From Candidatus Eiseniibacteriota bacterium (lineage in GTDB: Bacteria; Eisenbacteria; RBG-16-71-46; CAZAMP01): a stretch of DNA of 64,000 nt. The stretch's first letter is position 1; each line of letters starts with the position of its first letter. This document shows positions 39,671-48,339 of this stretch, piece after piece. The notes beneath the pieces are model-generated. The model worked only from the letters and a program-made list of their open reading frames with translations, did not search any database and had not been told where the DNA came from. A program made the translations under genes and the position numbers. The stretch is from NCBI GenBank assembly GCA_965224245.1, contig OZ245046.1, positions 5,664,001 through 5,728,000 of the forward strand, read 5' to 3'.

Positions 39671-40504
39671 ATGTCCCAGTACGACACGACCGACGAGAAA
39701 GTCGCCGACATCGAGCGTTACCTGGTCCGCAAGGTGGATCGCATCCACCGCGCCGTCATGCTGGCGCTGGGGCTGGCGGCCATCGCGGCGGTGACGTCGG
39801 TGTGGACGGCGGTTCGCCCCGGAGGTGGCGACCGTGCGAGCGACGTCGCCCAGGTCGCGCCCGCCGACCGCGGGGCCACCGCGAACGAGTCCGACGACGC
39901 GGGAGCCGAGCGCGCCGAGGCCGACGCTCCCGCCCATTCCGCGACCGGCGACCGCTCCGACGCCGAGGGCGTCCAGGTGACCCCTTCAGGGACGGCCGCG
40001 GTGAAGGATGGGGGAGAGATGGCCGCCGAGGACGCCCGGCCGCGATCCCGACCGGCGGTCGATCCCGGCGCGGCGCGGGCGAGTGCCTCCGAGCCGAGCG
40101 CCGACGGAGGCGCGTCGAGCGTGGACGCCGCGCCGGCCGTGCCCGCGGACGTCACGCCGGCCCCGCCGGGGGCCCAGTTCACGGTGGGCGCGTCGGCGAT
40201 CGCGACGAACATCGTCAGCCTGGAGCCCGTGGGGACCGGGACGTCGTTCCGCGTGGGGACGAAGCTCTTCTACTGGACCCGGATCGAGACCCCCAACCTC
40301 CTGGCCGTCGACGATACCGATCGGTTCGTCGTGCATCGGTGGATCCACGGCGGTGAGACGCACCACGAGCAGAAGATCACGATCGGGTCACCGCGATATC
40401 GGGTTTACAGCATGCACGAGCCCCAACAGCCGGGGGACTGGCGCCTCGAGGTCGTGGATTCCGACGGGCGGCTCCTGCACGTGGAGCACGTCACGGTCGA
40501 GTAG
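39671..40504 (+). CDS. Membrane-anchored DUF2914-domain protein
   Basis: GGAGG RBS; single TM helix; Ala/Asp/Pro-rich linker; C-terminal LFYWTRI...HRWIHGG...IGSPRYRVYS...GDWRLEVVD. Confidence 0.75.
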   Translation: MSQYDTTDEKVADIERYLVRKVDRIHRAVMLALGLAAIAAVTSVWTAVRPGGGDRASDVAQVAPADRGATANESDDAGAERAEADAPAHSATGDRSDAEGVQVTPSGTAAVKDGGEMAAEDARPRSRPAVDPGAARASASEPSADGGASSVDAAPAVPADVTPAPPGAQFTVGASAIATNIVSLEPVGTGTSFRVGTKLFYWTRIETPNLLAVDDTDRFVVHRWIHGGETHHEQKITIGSPRYRVYSMHEPQQPGDWRLEVVDSDGRLLHVEHVTVE

Positions 40505-40603
40505 CGGCTCGCGCGCGATGGCGCGAGGGATGCGGTATGATGCCGGCCGCCGGAACGGCGTCCAAGTCAACCCCGTCACCCAGCGCCTCGGACGGCCAAC
40601 TCG

Positions 40604-41968
40604 ATGAAGCTCGTCTCCCTGCGCGACATTCTGCGGTTCTACATCCCCCTGGTCCTGAACTCCCAGATGATGACCCTCTCGGGACCCATCATCAACAAGG
40701 CCGTCGGGAACGACTCGGACGCCACGCTGCAGCTCGCCGCGTACTGGATCGGGTTCACGCTCCTGATGTTCCTGGAGAGCCCGTGCCTCGCCATCCAGCA
40801 GATCACCTCGTCCCTCGTCGACTCGGGGCGGATGCTGCGCCACGTGGTCGCCTACTCGATGACGTTCGCCGCGCTGGCCGTCGTGGGCGTGCTTGCGGTC
40901 GCGTTCACACCGCTCGGGGACCTCGTCTTCGATCACGTCGTGAAGACGACGCCGAGGGTGGCCGAGCTGTCGCGGTGGGTGCTCGGCGCACTGGCACCGG
41001 TGCCGGTGCTGATCTCGCTCCGCGGGATCGGGAACGGGATCGCCATCCGACAGCGCCAGACCGTGCTCGTGGCCCGAGCCACGCTGTTCCGGCTTCTGGC
41101 CCTGTCGTCGGTCGTGGGCGTCGTCGTGCTCGTGGGGACCGGGTCGGGAGCGTTCGCCGGCGTGGCGGCACTCGAAGCCGGCATCGCACTGGAGACGGCC
41201 GTGATCTGGATCGGGGTGCGCCGCAGCTGGCGCCGGGGCCGACCCTGGACGGATACACCCGTGGCCCGGCCGCGTCTGGAGCGCGACGTCGTCGCGAAGG
41301 TGCTGCGGGTGGCCCTTCCGCTCGCAGTCTCCTCGATCTCGTGGACGGCGTTCCGTCCGCTCCTGAACGCCATCCTGGGCCGCCTCTCCGATCCCGAGCT
41401 GGCCCAGGCGGGGTTCGGGTTCATCATGCCGCTCGTTCTCCTGACGTCCTCGCCGCTGTGGACGATTCAGAACGTGAGCCTGGTGCTGCCCGAGTCGGGT
41501 GCGGATCTCCGCCGGGTGATCCGGTTCGCGGCCGCCGCGGCCGTGTTCTTCGCCGGCTTCATCGTCGTCCTGACACTGACGCCGATCCGCAGCCTCGTGC
41601 TCGACGGCTTCTACGACCTCACGCCCGAGCTGGAGCAGGTCGTGGTTCCCGCACTGATCCTGCTCGTGCTGGAGCCGTTCTTCCTGGCGGCTCGGTCGGT
41701 GTCGCAGGGACTGCTGATCAAGGCGCAGCGCACCGACTCGTTCATGGTGGTCTCCCCGATCAAGACCGTCCTCGTGGCCATCGTCGGCTTCGGAGTCGTC
41801 CACCAGAACCCCGACGTCAACGGGGTGGTGCTGGGCACGCTCCTGTTCCTCGGGGGCGACTGCTTCGAGGCGATCATGTACAGTCTCCAGGCGCGTCGCC
41901 TTCTGGTCGAGAGGATCCTCTTCGGCGAGGTGCCGAGGCGGGAATCGGCGGCCGTGGTGACGCCATAG
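40604..41968 (+). CDS. MATE/MOP-superfamily membrane transporter, ANKH-like
   Basis: About 12 TM helices in two repeats (ILRFYIPL... / VLRVALPL...); LAAY..F.L..FLESP and VAFTPLG motifs. Confidence 0.7.
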   Translation: MKLVSLRDILRFYIPLVLNSQMMTLSGPIINKAVGNDSDATLQLAAYWIGFTLLMFLESPCLAIQQITSSLVDSGRMLRHVVAYSMTFAALAVVGVLAVAFTPLGDLVFDHVVKTTPRVAELSRWVLGALAPVPVLISLRGIGNGIAIRQRQTVLVARATLFRLLALSSVVGVVVLVGTGSGAFAGVAALEAGIALETAVIWIGVRRSWRRGRPWTDTPVARPRLERDVVAKVLRVALPLAVSSISWTAFRPLLNAILGRLSDPELAQAGFGFIMPLVLLTSSPLWTIQNVSLVLPESGADLRRVIRFAAAAAVFFAGFIVVLTLTPIRSLVLDGFYDLTPELEQVVVPALILLVLEPFFLAARSVSQGLLIKAQRTDSFMVVSPIKTVLVAIVGFGVVHQNPDVNGVVLGTLLFLGGDCFEAIMYSLQARRLLVERILFGEVPRRESAAVVTP

Positions 41969-42102
41969 CCGAGAGAGCCGGGACCGCGGTCGTGCGGGGT
42001 CGGAGCCGGTCGGATCCAGAATCCGAAACCCGGGCCCACGCGCGCCGTTAGATCCCTCACCCCCAAGCCCGGACGCGGCCGCGCCGCGCTGGGTCGTCAC
42101 GC

Positions 42103-42867
42103 ATGGGACCGTCGATGCGACACGTCTCGATCGCGTTCTGGACGTACGTCACGCCGATGACGTCGGCGCGAGCCTTCAAGATCACGATCATCCTCACCAT
42201 CCTCTTCTGCGTCGGTGCGGCGCTGGCCATGGCCGGCGGGGCCATCGACGAGGACATCACCGAGGCCGCTCTGACCGGGCTCCAGCACATCGCGATCCTG
42301 ATGGCGGTGCCGCTGGGCGCGGCGGTGCTGGGAGAGATGTCGCTCCGGGACGGGATCACTCACCGGACGCTCCTCTACCCGCTGCTCGGCCCGGTTCCCC
42401 GGGCCACGCAGGCGCTCGTTCGCACCGGGGTCACGATGGGTCTGGTGGCCGCGCTCGGCACCATCCTCCTGCTCCTGGTGCGCTTCCTGATGATGCTCCA
42501 GCTCGGCGAGGACCTGCGCGGTGTGCCGTCGGAGGTCGTGTCGATCTGGCTGGCCTCGTTCGCGTACGTGGCGCTGTTCGGGCTGGTGCATCTGCTCAAT
42601 CAGCGCGGCCTGATCTTCGCACTGATCTACCTCTTCATGTTCGACATGCCCGTGGGGCGCGTTCCCTTCTCGGTCCGCAACGTGTCGCTGTCCTATCACG
42701 TGGCCGTCGTGTCCGATCACGTCGAGACGACGATGCTGCCGATCCCGGTGGATGCTCCGGCATCGTCGGTGTTCTGGTCGTCGATCGTGCTGCTCGCGGT
42801 CGGCACGATCTGCCTCGCCGTCACCGCGCACCTCTTCGACCGCCGCGATCTCGGGGAGCTGTGCTGA
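42103..42867 (+). CDS. ABC-2 type transporter permease
   Basis: About six TM helices, RDG...TL.Y.L..PV.R motif; coupled to an ATPase (TGATG). Confidence 0.75.
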   Translation: MGPSMRHVSIAFWTYVTPMTSARAFKITIILTILFCVGAALAMAGGAIDEDITEAALTGLQHIAILMAVPLGAAVLGEMSLRDGITHRTLLYPLLGPVPRATQALVRTGVTMGLVAALGTILLLLVRFLMMLQLGEDLRGVPSEVVSIWLASFAYVALFGLVHLLNQRGLIFALIYLFMFDMPVGRVPFSVRNVSLSYHVAVVSDHVETTMLPIPVDAPASSVFWSSIVLLAVGTICLAVTAHLFDRRDLGELC

Positions 42868-43805
42868 TGAGCGACGCCGCGACGACTCGCTGGATCGAGC
42901 TCGAGAACGTCCACCTGTTCCGCGGTGGGCGTCCCGTGCTGAAGGGGCTGAACGCGGCGCTGTCCGGTCGTGCCATCGGGCTCGTGGGCGCGAACGGCGC
43001 CGGAAAGTCCACGCTGATCGGCGCGCTCCTGGGTGTCCTGCGCCCGCGGTCGGGGCGCGTGGCCGTGCTGGGTATCGACGTCGGGTCCGACGCCATGGAG
43101 GTGCGGGCCCGGGCCGGCGTCATGGCCGAGCAGGCGGGTATCTTCCCGGGCGGGTCGGGAGTGGACGCGGTCGTGTTCGCGGGCATGCTGTCGGGCCTCG
43201 GTCGTCGGGAGGCGTTGCGACGCGCGCACCGCGCGCTGGACGCTCTCGACGTGGGCGACGAGCGCTATCGCCCCACGAAGGGCTACTCCACCGGCATGCG
43301 TCAGCGCTGCAAGCTGGCCATGAGCCTCGTCCACGATCCCGAGATCCTGATCCTCGACGAGCCCACCGTCGGTCTCGATCCCGCGGGCCGGGCACAGCTC
43401 CTCGATCTCATCCGCGGTCTTCGCGACGAGGGGCGGCGCATCATTCTCTCGACGCACATCATGGCCGACGCCGACGGGCTCTGCGACGAGCTCCTGTTGA
43501 TCGCCAAGGGGCAGATCGCGTTCGCGGGACCGCTGGGCGATCTGGTCGGATCGGGCCTCGGGGTCATGGTGGCCCGCGGGCCGGGCCTCGGTCTGGCCGT
43601 GGCCGACGAGCTGACCGCGTCCGGCTACACGGTCCTGGAGCAGAGCGAGCACGCCGTCCGCTTCGAGCCGGTGGACGATCTCGATCTGGATCGCTTCTGG
43701 AGGGCGGTGGTCGAGGAGGACGCCGAGGTCCGTTTCCTGGGGCGCGATCTTCCTTCACTGGAGGACGCCGTGGTCGCCGCGATGGAGAAGGCCGATGCTC
43801 ACTGA
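42867..43805 (+). CDS. ABC transporter ATP-binding protein
   Basis: GANGAGKST, YSTGMRQR, LILDEPT.GLDP, STH. Confidence 0.92.
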   Translation: MSDAATTRWIELENVHLFRGGRPVLKGLNAALSGRAIGLVGANGAGKSTLIGALLGVLRPRSGRVAVLGIDVGSDAMEVRARAGVMAEQAGIFPGGSGVDAVVFAGMLSGLGRREALRRAHRALDALDVGDERYRPTKGYSTGMRQRCKLAMSLVHDPEILILDEPTVGLDPAGRAQLLDLIRGLRDEGRRIILSTHIMADADGLCDELLLIAKGQIAFAGPLGDLVGSGLGVMVARGPGLGLAVADELTASGYTVLEQSEHAVRFEPVDDLDLDRFWRAVVEEDAEVRFLGRDLPSLEDAVVAAMEKADAH

Positions 43806-44595
43806 GAGGCGCGCCCCGACGACACTCCAGGTGATCCGGGCCATTTCGCAGCGCGAGCTCGCCACCGCGCGCCGGCGACGGCTGGTGAAGTGGCTCTTCA
43901 TCCTGAGCCTCCTGCCGCCGGTGGTGGTCGCGGTCGTCCTCGTGGTCATGGTGCTCGTGGAGAAACAGGGGTTCACGCTGGACTGGGATCCGGTCCTGCG
44001 CTTCTTCCAGGCTCAGCTCACGCCGGTGATCTTCCTCTCGCTCGGGATCGGCACGCCGTGCGTGGCCCGCGACCGCGCCGAGGACGTGCTGTTCCTGTAC
44101 GCCACCCGACCGGTGTCGCCGTCGGCGTACGCGCTGGGGAAGATGTTCGCGGTCGCCGTGCCCACGGGGCTCCTCTTCTGGATCCCCGGCGTCCTGATCG
44201 CGACCCTGCAGTACGGGCTGGTGCCCGATCAGGTCGGCTTCGCCGCGACGATCGGGATGATCCTGAAGGTCACGATGGCCGCGATCCTGATCGCGTGGGG
44301 GCTGGCCGGGGTCGCCGTGGGGTCCAGCGCGACCGCGACCAAGGCCCGCTGGGCGATGCTGATCGCGTTCGCGTGCCTGGCCGTCCCGAACATCATCTCG
44401 GATGCGGTCTGGTTCGGTGACGACACGTACGCGCTGGGGCCGCTTCGGGGCTGCCGCGATCTCCTGTACGCGCTGTTCGAGACCGAAGAGGGGTGGTTCG
44501 CGTTCGGCGTGGCGGGCACGCTGGCGCTGGCGGCCTGGGGCGCCGCGGGGCTGTTCGTGACGCGCTGGCGCATGCGACAGGAGATGACGCCATGA
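43795..44595 (+). CDS. ABC-2 type transporter permease
   Basis: Hydrophobic; ARDRAE..L.LY.TRPVS...Y.LGK motif. Confidence 0.8.
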   Translation: MLTERRAPTTLQVIRAISQRELATARRRRLVKWLFILSLLPPVVVAVVLVVMVLVEKQGFTLDWDPVLRFFQAQLTPVIFLSLGIGTPCVARDRAEDVLFLYATRPVSPSAYALGKMFAVAVPTGLLFWIPGVLIATLQYGLVPDQVGFAATIGMILKVTMAAILIAWGLAGVAVGSSATATKARWAMLIAFACLAVPNIISDAVWFGDDTYALGPLRGCRDLLYALFETEEGWFAFGVAGTLALAAWGAAGLFVTRWRMRQEMTP

Positions 44596-45587
44596 CCGGT
44601 GTCACGTCGACCACGGTCTCCCCCTCGCGCGACGCGTCCGCCGCCGGCGGTGACGTCCCCGTCGTGCTGGATGGCGCGACGGTCTTCTACGGCGAGGTCA
44701 TCGGCCTCAGCCGCGTCGATCTCACGCTCGTCCCCGGCATCACCGGGATCGTGGGACCCAACGGAAGCGGCAAGACCACGCTGATGCGCGGTCTGGTGGG
44801 CCTCATCGCCCCCCAGGAGGGCTCGATCCGCGTCCTGGGCGGGAGCCCGTTTCGGGACGCCGAGATCCGCTCCCGGATCACGTTCGTGCCCGCCACCGAG
44901 AACTTCTTCCCGGGTCTCTCGGGACGGCGAAACCTCGAGGTGGCCTTCCTCGCGCACGGCGCCGATCGGGGTCGCGCGGCGTCGCTGGCCGACGAGGCGC
45001 TCGAGGTGGTCGGACTCACGGCCGACGGCCATCGCCGGTACGGGACGTGGTCGCGCGGCATGCGCCAGCGTCTGAAGCTGGGACTGGCCCTCGTCTCCAG
45101 CTCGACGCTGGTGCTTCTGGACGAGCCCTTTCTCGGTGTGGATCCGCCCAACCGGAAGGCGCTCCGCGAGCACATCCTCGCGCTCGGGGCGGCCGGCCGC
45201 ACGGTGCTCGTCTCGTCGCACATCCTGCACGAGATCGAGACGCTGACCGACCGCGTGGGGGTTCTGGCGCATGGACGGCTCCTCGGGTTCGGCCACATCC
45301 ACGATCTGCTGCACCAGATCCGCGACCGGAACCCGCACCGCGTGCGGGTGGGGACCCCCGCTCCCCGCGAGTTCGCCAAGTCGCTGGTGAGTCTCGAGCA
45401 CGTCCGCACGCTGGCCATCGATCACGATGCCGTGGAGTTCGTGACCGATCAGCCCGACTCGGCCTACAAGGAGATCGGTCGGATCGTCCTGCAATCGGGC
45501 ATCCGCGTGCACCGCGTCGAGACGCTCGACGCGTCGCTGGAGGCCGTGTTCACCCACGTCACCGAGGGTGGCACTCGGCGTCTCTGA
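44592..45587 (+). CDS. ABC transporter ATP-binding protein
   Basis: GPNGSGKTT, WSRGMRQRLK, LLDEPF.GVDP, SSHILHE, DASLEAVF. ATGA overlap. Confidence 0.92.
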   Translation: MTGVTSTTVSPSRDASAAGGDVPVVLDGATVFYGEVIGLSRVDLTLVPGITGIVGPNGSGKTTLMRGLVGLIAPQEGSIRVLGGSPFRDAEIRSRITFVPATENFFPGLSGRRNLEVAFLAHGADRGRAASLADEALEVVGLTADGHRRYGTWSRGMRQRLKLGLALVSSSTLVLLDEPFLGVDPPNRKALREHILALGAAGRTVLVSSHILHEIETLTDRVGVLAHGRLLGFGHIHDLLHQIRDRNPHRVRVGTPAPREFAKSLVSLEHVRTLAIDHDAVEFVTDQPDSAYKEIGRIVLQSGIRVHRVETLDASLEAVFTHVTEGGTRRL

Positions 45588-45719
45588 GCACCGATCGACG
45601 ATCCCGGGGCCGACCGGTACCAACCGCGTTACCGGGCCGTCGACGTGCACCTCCGTCGCCGGCCGGGTGCGCGAGCAGCCCCGCCGCAGACGCGGTCCCC
45701 ACACGTCGCGGGCGCGAGC

Positions 45720-45795
45720 GATGTGTTTCTACAATCAGGCAGAGAGATGTTTTTCATTATATTTGATGTACACTCATGGATCTGCTAGAGTAGTG
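45720..45795 (+). promoter_or_regulatory. AT-rich putative promoter region
   Basis: TTTTTCATTATATTTGATGTACACTC...TAGAGT upstream of the dockerin-like protein, in otherwise GC-rich DNA. Confidence 0.35.
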
Positions 45796-45865
45796 ATCGT
45801 TCGCCCGCGCCCGCTCCCGGCTACTCGCGTCGGTCCGCTGGACGCACTGGAGAAGGGAACGACAG

Positions 45866-46435
45866 ATGGCCAGTTCACTCAATGCCGCCGCCGTGGGGCT
45901 CGTGGCGTCACTCGCGCTCTGGCTCCCCGGCGCGCGAGCCGACATCATCGACTGTGACTCGAGCGATCTCCCGGAGTGCATCCGAGTGTGCCCCGGTGGC
46001 GACTTCCCCGTGGAGGCGACGCTGATCGGCATCTCGGGCGCACCGCTCGCGAACACCCCGGTGCGCCTGATCATCGATTCGTCCTGCACCGAGCTGCTGC
46101 CGTGCCCCGGCGACCCCTACCCCGTGTACGAGGGCGTCACCGACACGGGGGGACACGTGGTCTTCGACATCGCGTTGAGCGGCTGCTGCACGAGCCCGGC
46201 GGCCGTGGTGCTGGAGGTGGATCCGGGTGGCGTGGCCTGCGCGGTGTACGATTCGATCACGTCGACCGACACCAGTATCCCGCTCGACGGCTTCGTGGGG
46301 CTCGCGGACTTCGTCCTGTTTCAGACGCACTTCCTGAGCGACGACCCCTGTCACGACTACTACGGCTGTGACGGGTTCGTGGCCCTGCCCGACTTCGTGG
46401 TCTTCCAGACGCACTTCCTGCACGAGTGCCCCTGA
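45866..46435 (+). CDS. Secreted Cys-rich protein with a C-terminal dockerin-like duplication
   Basis: Signal peptide ending ARA; Ig-like middle (GVTDTGGHVVF); two copies of DGFV.L.DFV.FQTHFL. Confidence 0.75.
   Translation: MASSLNAAAVGLVASLALWLPGARADIIDCDSSDLPECIRVCPGGDFPVEATLIGISGAPLANTPVRLIIDSSCTELLPCPGDPYPVYEGVTDTGGHVVFDIALSGCCTSPAAVVLEVDPGGVACAVYDSITSTDTSIPLDGFVGLADFVLFQTHFLSDDPCHDYYGCDGFVALPDFVVFQTHFLHECP
46286..46420 (+). repeat. Intragenic duplication of about 51 nt at 84-nt spacing encoding dockerin/EF-hand-like units
   Basis: 46286-46336 and 46370-46420 encode DGFVGLADFVLFQTHFL and DGFVALPDFVVFQTHFL. Confidence 0.8.
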
Positions 46436-46459
46436 GAGCAGTGACGCCGGCACCGAGGG

Positions 46460-46491
46460 CCGGTCGCGTCCCCCCTCGGGGGGCGCGACCG
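46460..46491. terminator. Hairpin between convergent genes (possible bidirectional terminator)
   Basis: CCGGTCGCGTCCCCC-TC-GGGGGGCGCGACCGG; no long U-tract. Confidence 0.5.
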
Positions 46492-46507
46492 GTTCCCACG
46501 AGCGGGA

Positions 46508-47200
46508 TCAGGGCAGCTCGAGCAGCTCGACGTCGAAGATCAGCGTGGCCTTCGGCGGAATGCTCGGCGGACGCCCGTTGGCGCCGTACGCGAGCTGGTA
46601 GGGAATGATCAGCTTCCGCTTTCCGCCCACGTTCATGCTCTGGACGCCCTCCGTCCAGCCCGCGATGACCTGATTGAGGCCGAACGTGATCGGCTGGCCG
46701 CGCTCGACCGAGCTGTCGAACTGGGTTCCGTCCACGAGCCAGCCGCTGTAGTGGACCTTGACGCGGGCCTCCGGGCCGGATGGCGCCGGGCCGTCCCCTT
46801 CGACGAGATCGAAGTACTTGAGACCGGACGCGGTCTCCGTCCAGTCGCCGGAGACCGGGTCGCCCGGGAAGCGCGTGACGGCGGACTTGGAGACGATCTC
46901 GCCGCTATCGGCATCCACGCGCAGGTCCCACGCCGCCCCGGTGCCGTACACGCGGATCTCGTAGTACGGCGTCTCGGCGTCCATCGTCAGCGTACAGCTC
47001 GAGGCACGGCCCTTCCCGTGCTCCTCGGCGATCTGGATCGCCTTGCCCATCGTGACGGCCAGACCTCCCAGCTCGGCTGCGACGTCCGACGGTGCTTCCG
47101 GCAAGGCCGTGTAATCGGTGGCGAGGACCGGGCTCGCCGCGGTGACGGCCAGGAGTGCCAGGCCGAGGCCCAGGCGCCGAGGATCTCCCAGTGTGCTCAT
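46508..47200 (-). CDS. FKBP-type peptidyl-prolyl isomerase with N-terminal PepSY-like domain
   Basis: [60 protein letters not shown]-domain MGKAIQIA...YYEI...VDADSGEIV. Confidence 0.9.
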   Translation of the reverse strand: MSTLGDPRRLGLGLALLAVTAASPVLATDYTALPEAPSDVAAELGGLAVTMGKAIQIAEEHGKGRASSCTLTMDAETPYYEIRVYGTGAAWDLRVDADSGEIVSKSAVTRFPGDPVSGDWTETASGLKYFDLVEGDGPAPSGPEARVKVHYSGWLVDGTQFDSSVERGQPITFGLNQVIAGWTEGVQSMNVGGKRKLIIPYQLAYGANGRPPSIPPKATLIFDVELLELP

Positions 47201-47546
47201 GATCGAGGTCTTCTCCCGTGTAGAGGGTGTCGGGCGCGCGATCGTGCGCCACCGGCGCCGCGTGCCTTCGTCGGAGGCAGGCCGAGAGACTAGCAGTCGG
47301 CCCGTCGGATCGAAACCCGCCTCGTCGGATCCCGGACGGTCCGATGAACCCCGTCCGCACGCCGAAGGTCCGGCCGGCACACTCGGAGAGTCCTTTCGCC
47401 TCGCGACTTCCGGCGCCCCGAGCCCCCTTCCGAAGTCGCCGTCGTGCCGATGGCCCCGGGCTTGCAATCGACCTCACGCTCCCGGGTGTTGCGAGCGGTG
47501 GCCCGCGCACGAGGCGGCGCGCCGACGCACGAGAAGGAGGTCACGC

Positions 47547-48338
47547 GTGCGAGGATCGACTGGAACGAGCGGACTCTGGGCGCTGGGTGTCGCGGTGGCG
47601 ATGGTGGCCGCATGCGACCGCACGGACGAGCTGGGTCCCGGATGGGTCGGCGGTGGCGCCGGGCCGGGGGAACGCCTGTCCGACGCCGCGAGCGAGCCGG
47701 ATGTAGGTCCCACCCCCGGGCTCCCCCCGGTGAGCGTCGAACGGTGGACACACGACGACGTGTCCGCCACGTTCGACGTACGGGTCGACGGAGAGCCCGC
47801 TCACGTCGTGGTGGCCCACGACCCGCGAGGCGGGGCGTGGTCGGCCCGGATTCGCGACCCGCGCTCGGGCGAGCTCGGCTTCGGAGTCGTGAGCGGCTCG
47901 ATCGGGAGCCTGCACTACGTGCGCGAGTTCACGGCCGCCGACACGTGTGTGATCGCGTGGCATGGCGAGGCACCGGTCCGCGAGACCTACCGGATCGGCG
48001 ATCGCACGTGGACGCGGTCCGGCGACACGATCGGCTCGTCCGATCTGGATGCGCTGGACGACCTCCTGGCCACGGCGCCGAGCCTCATGCACTGTCCCGC
48101 CGGAGAGAGGCTGATGATGGTGCTCGCGTCGCCGTCGCTTCGCGAGTTCCTCGTCTCCGAAGGGGTCCTGGCAGCCACCGAGGGCGCGCGATACCAGCCC
48201 AGCTACTGCCCCGACGGTGCGTTCTGCGGACTGACCAAGTGCACGCGCTTCGACCACGCGAACCCCCTCTGCATCGACTGCTACGGCGTGGCCGCGTGCA
48301 TCGTGCAGATTCTGTTCTGCCGGGAGGGAGCGTGCTGA
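47547..48338 (+). CDS. Hypothetical lipoprotein with an 8-Cys C-terminal tail
   Basis: AAGGAGG RBS before GTG 47547; lipobox VAAC; eight Cys in the last 43 aa. Confidence 0.6.
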   Translation: MRGSTGTSGLWALGVAVAMVAACDRTDELGPGWVGGGAGPGERLSDAASEPDVGPTPGLPPVSVERWTHDDVSATFDVRVDGEPAHVVVAHDPRGGAWSARIRDPRSGELGFGVVSGSIGSLHYVREFTAADTCVIAWHGEAPVRETYRIGDRTWTRSGDTIGSSDLDALDDLLATAPSLMHCPAGERLMMVLASPSLREFLVSEGVLAATEGARYQPSYCPDGAFCGLTKCTRFDHANPLCIDCYGVAACIVQILFCREGAC

Positions 48339-48339
48339 A

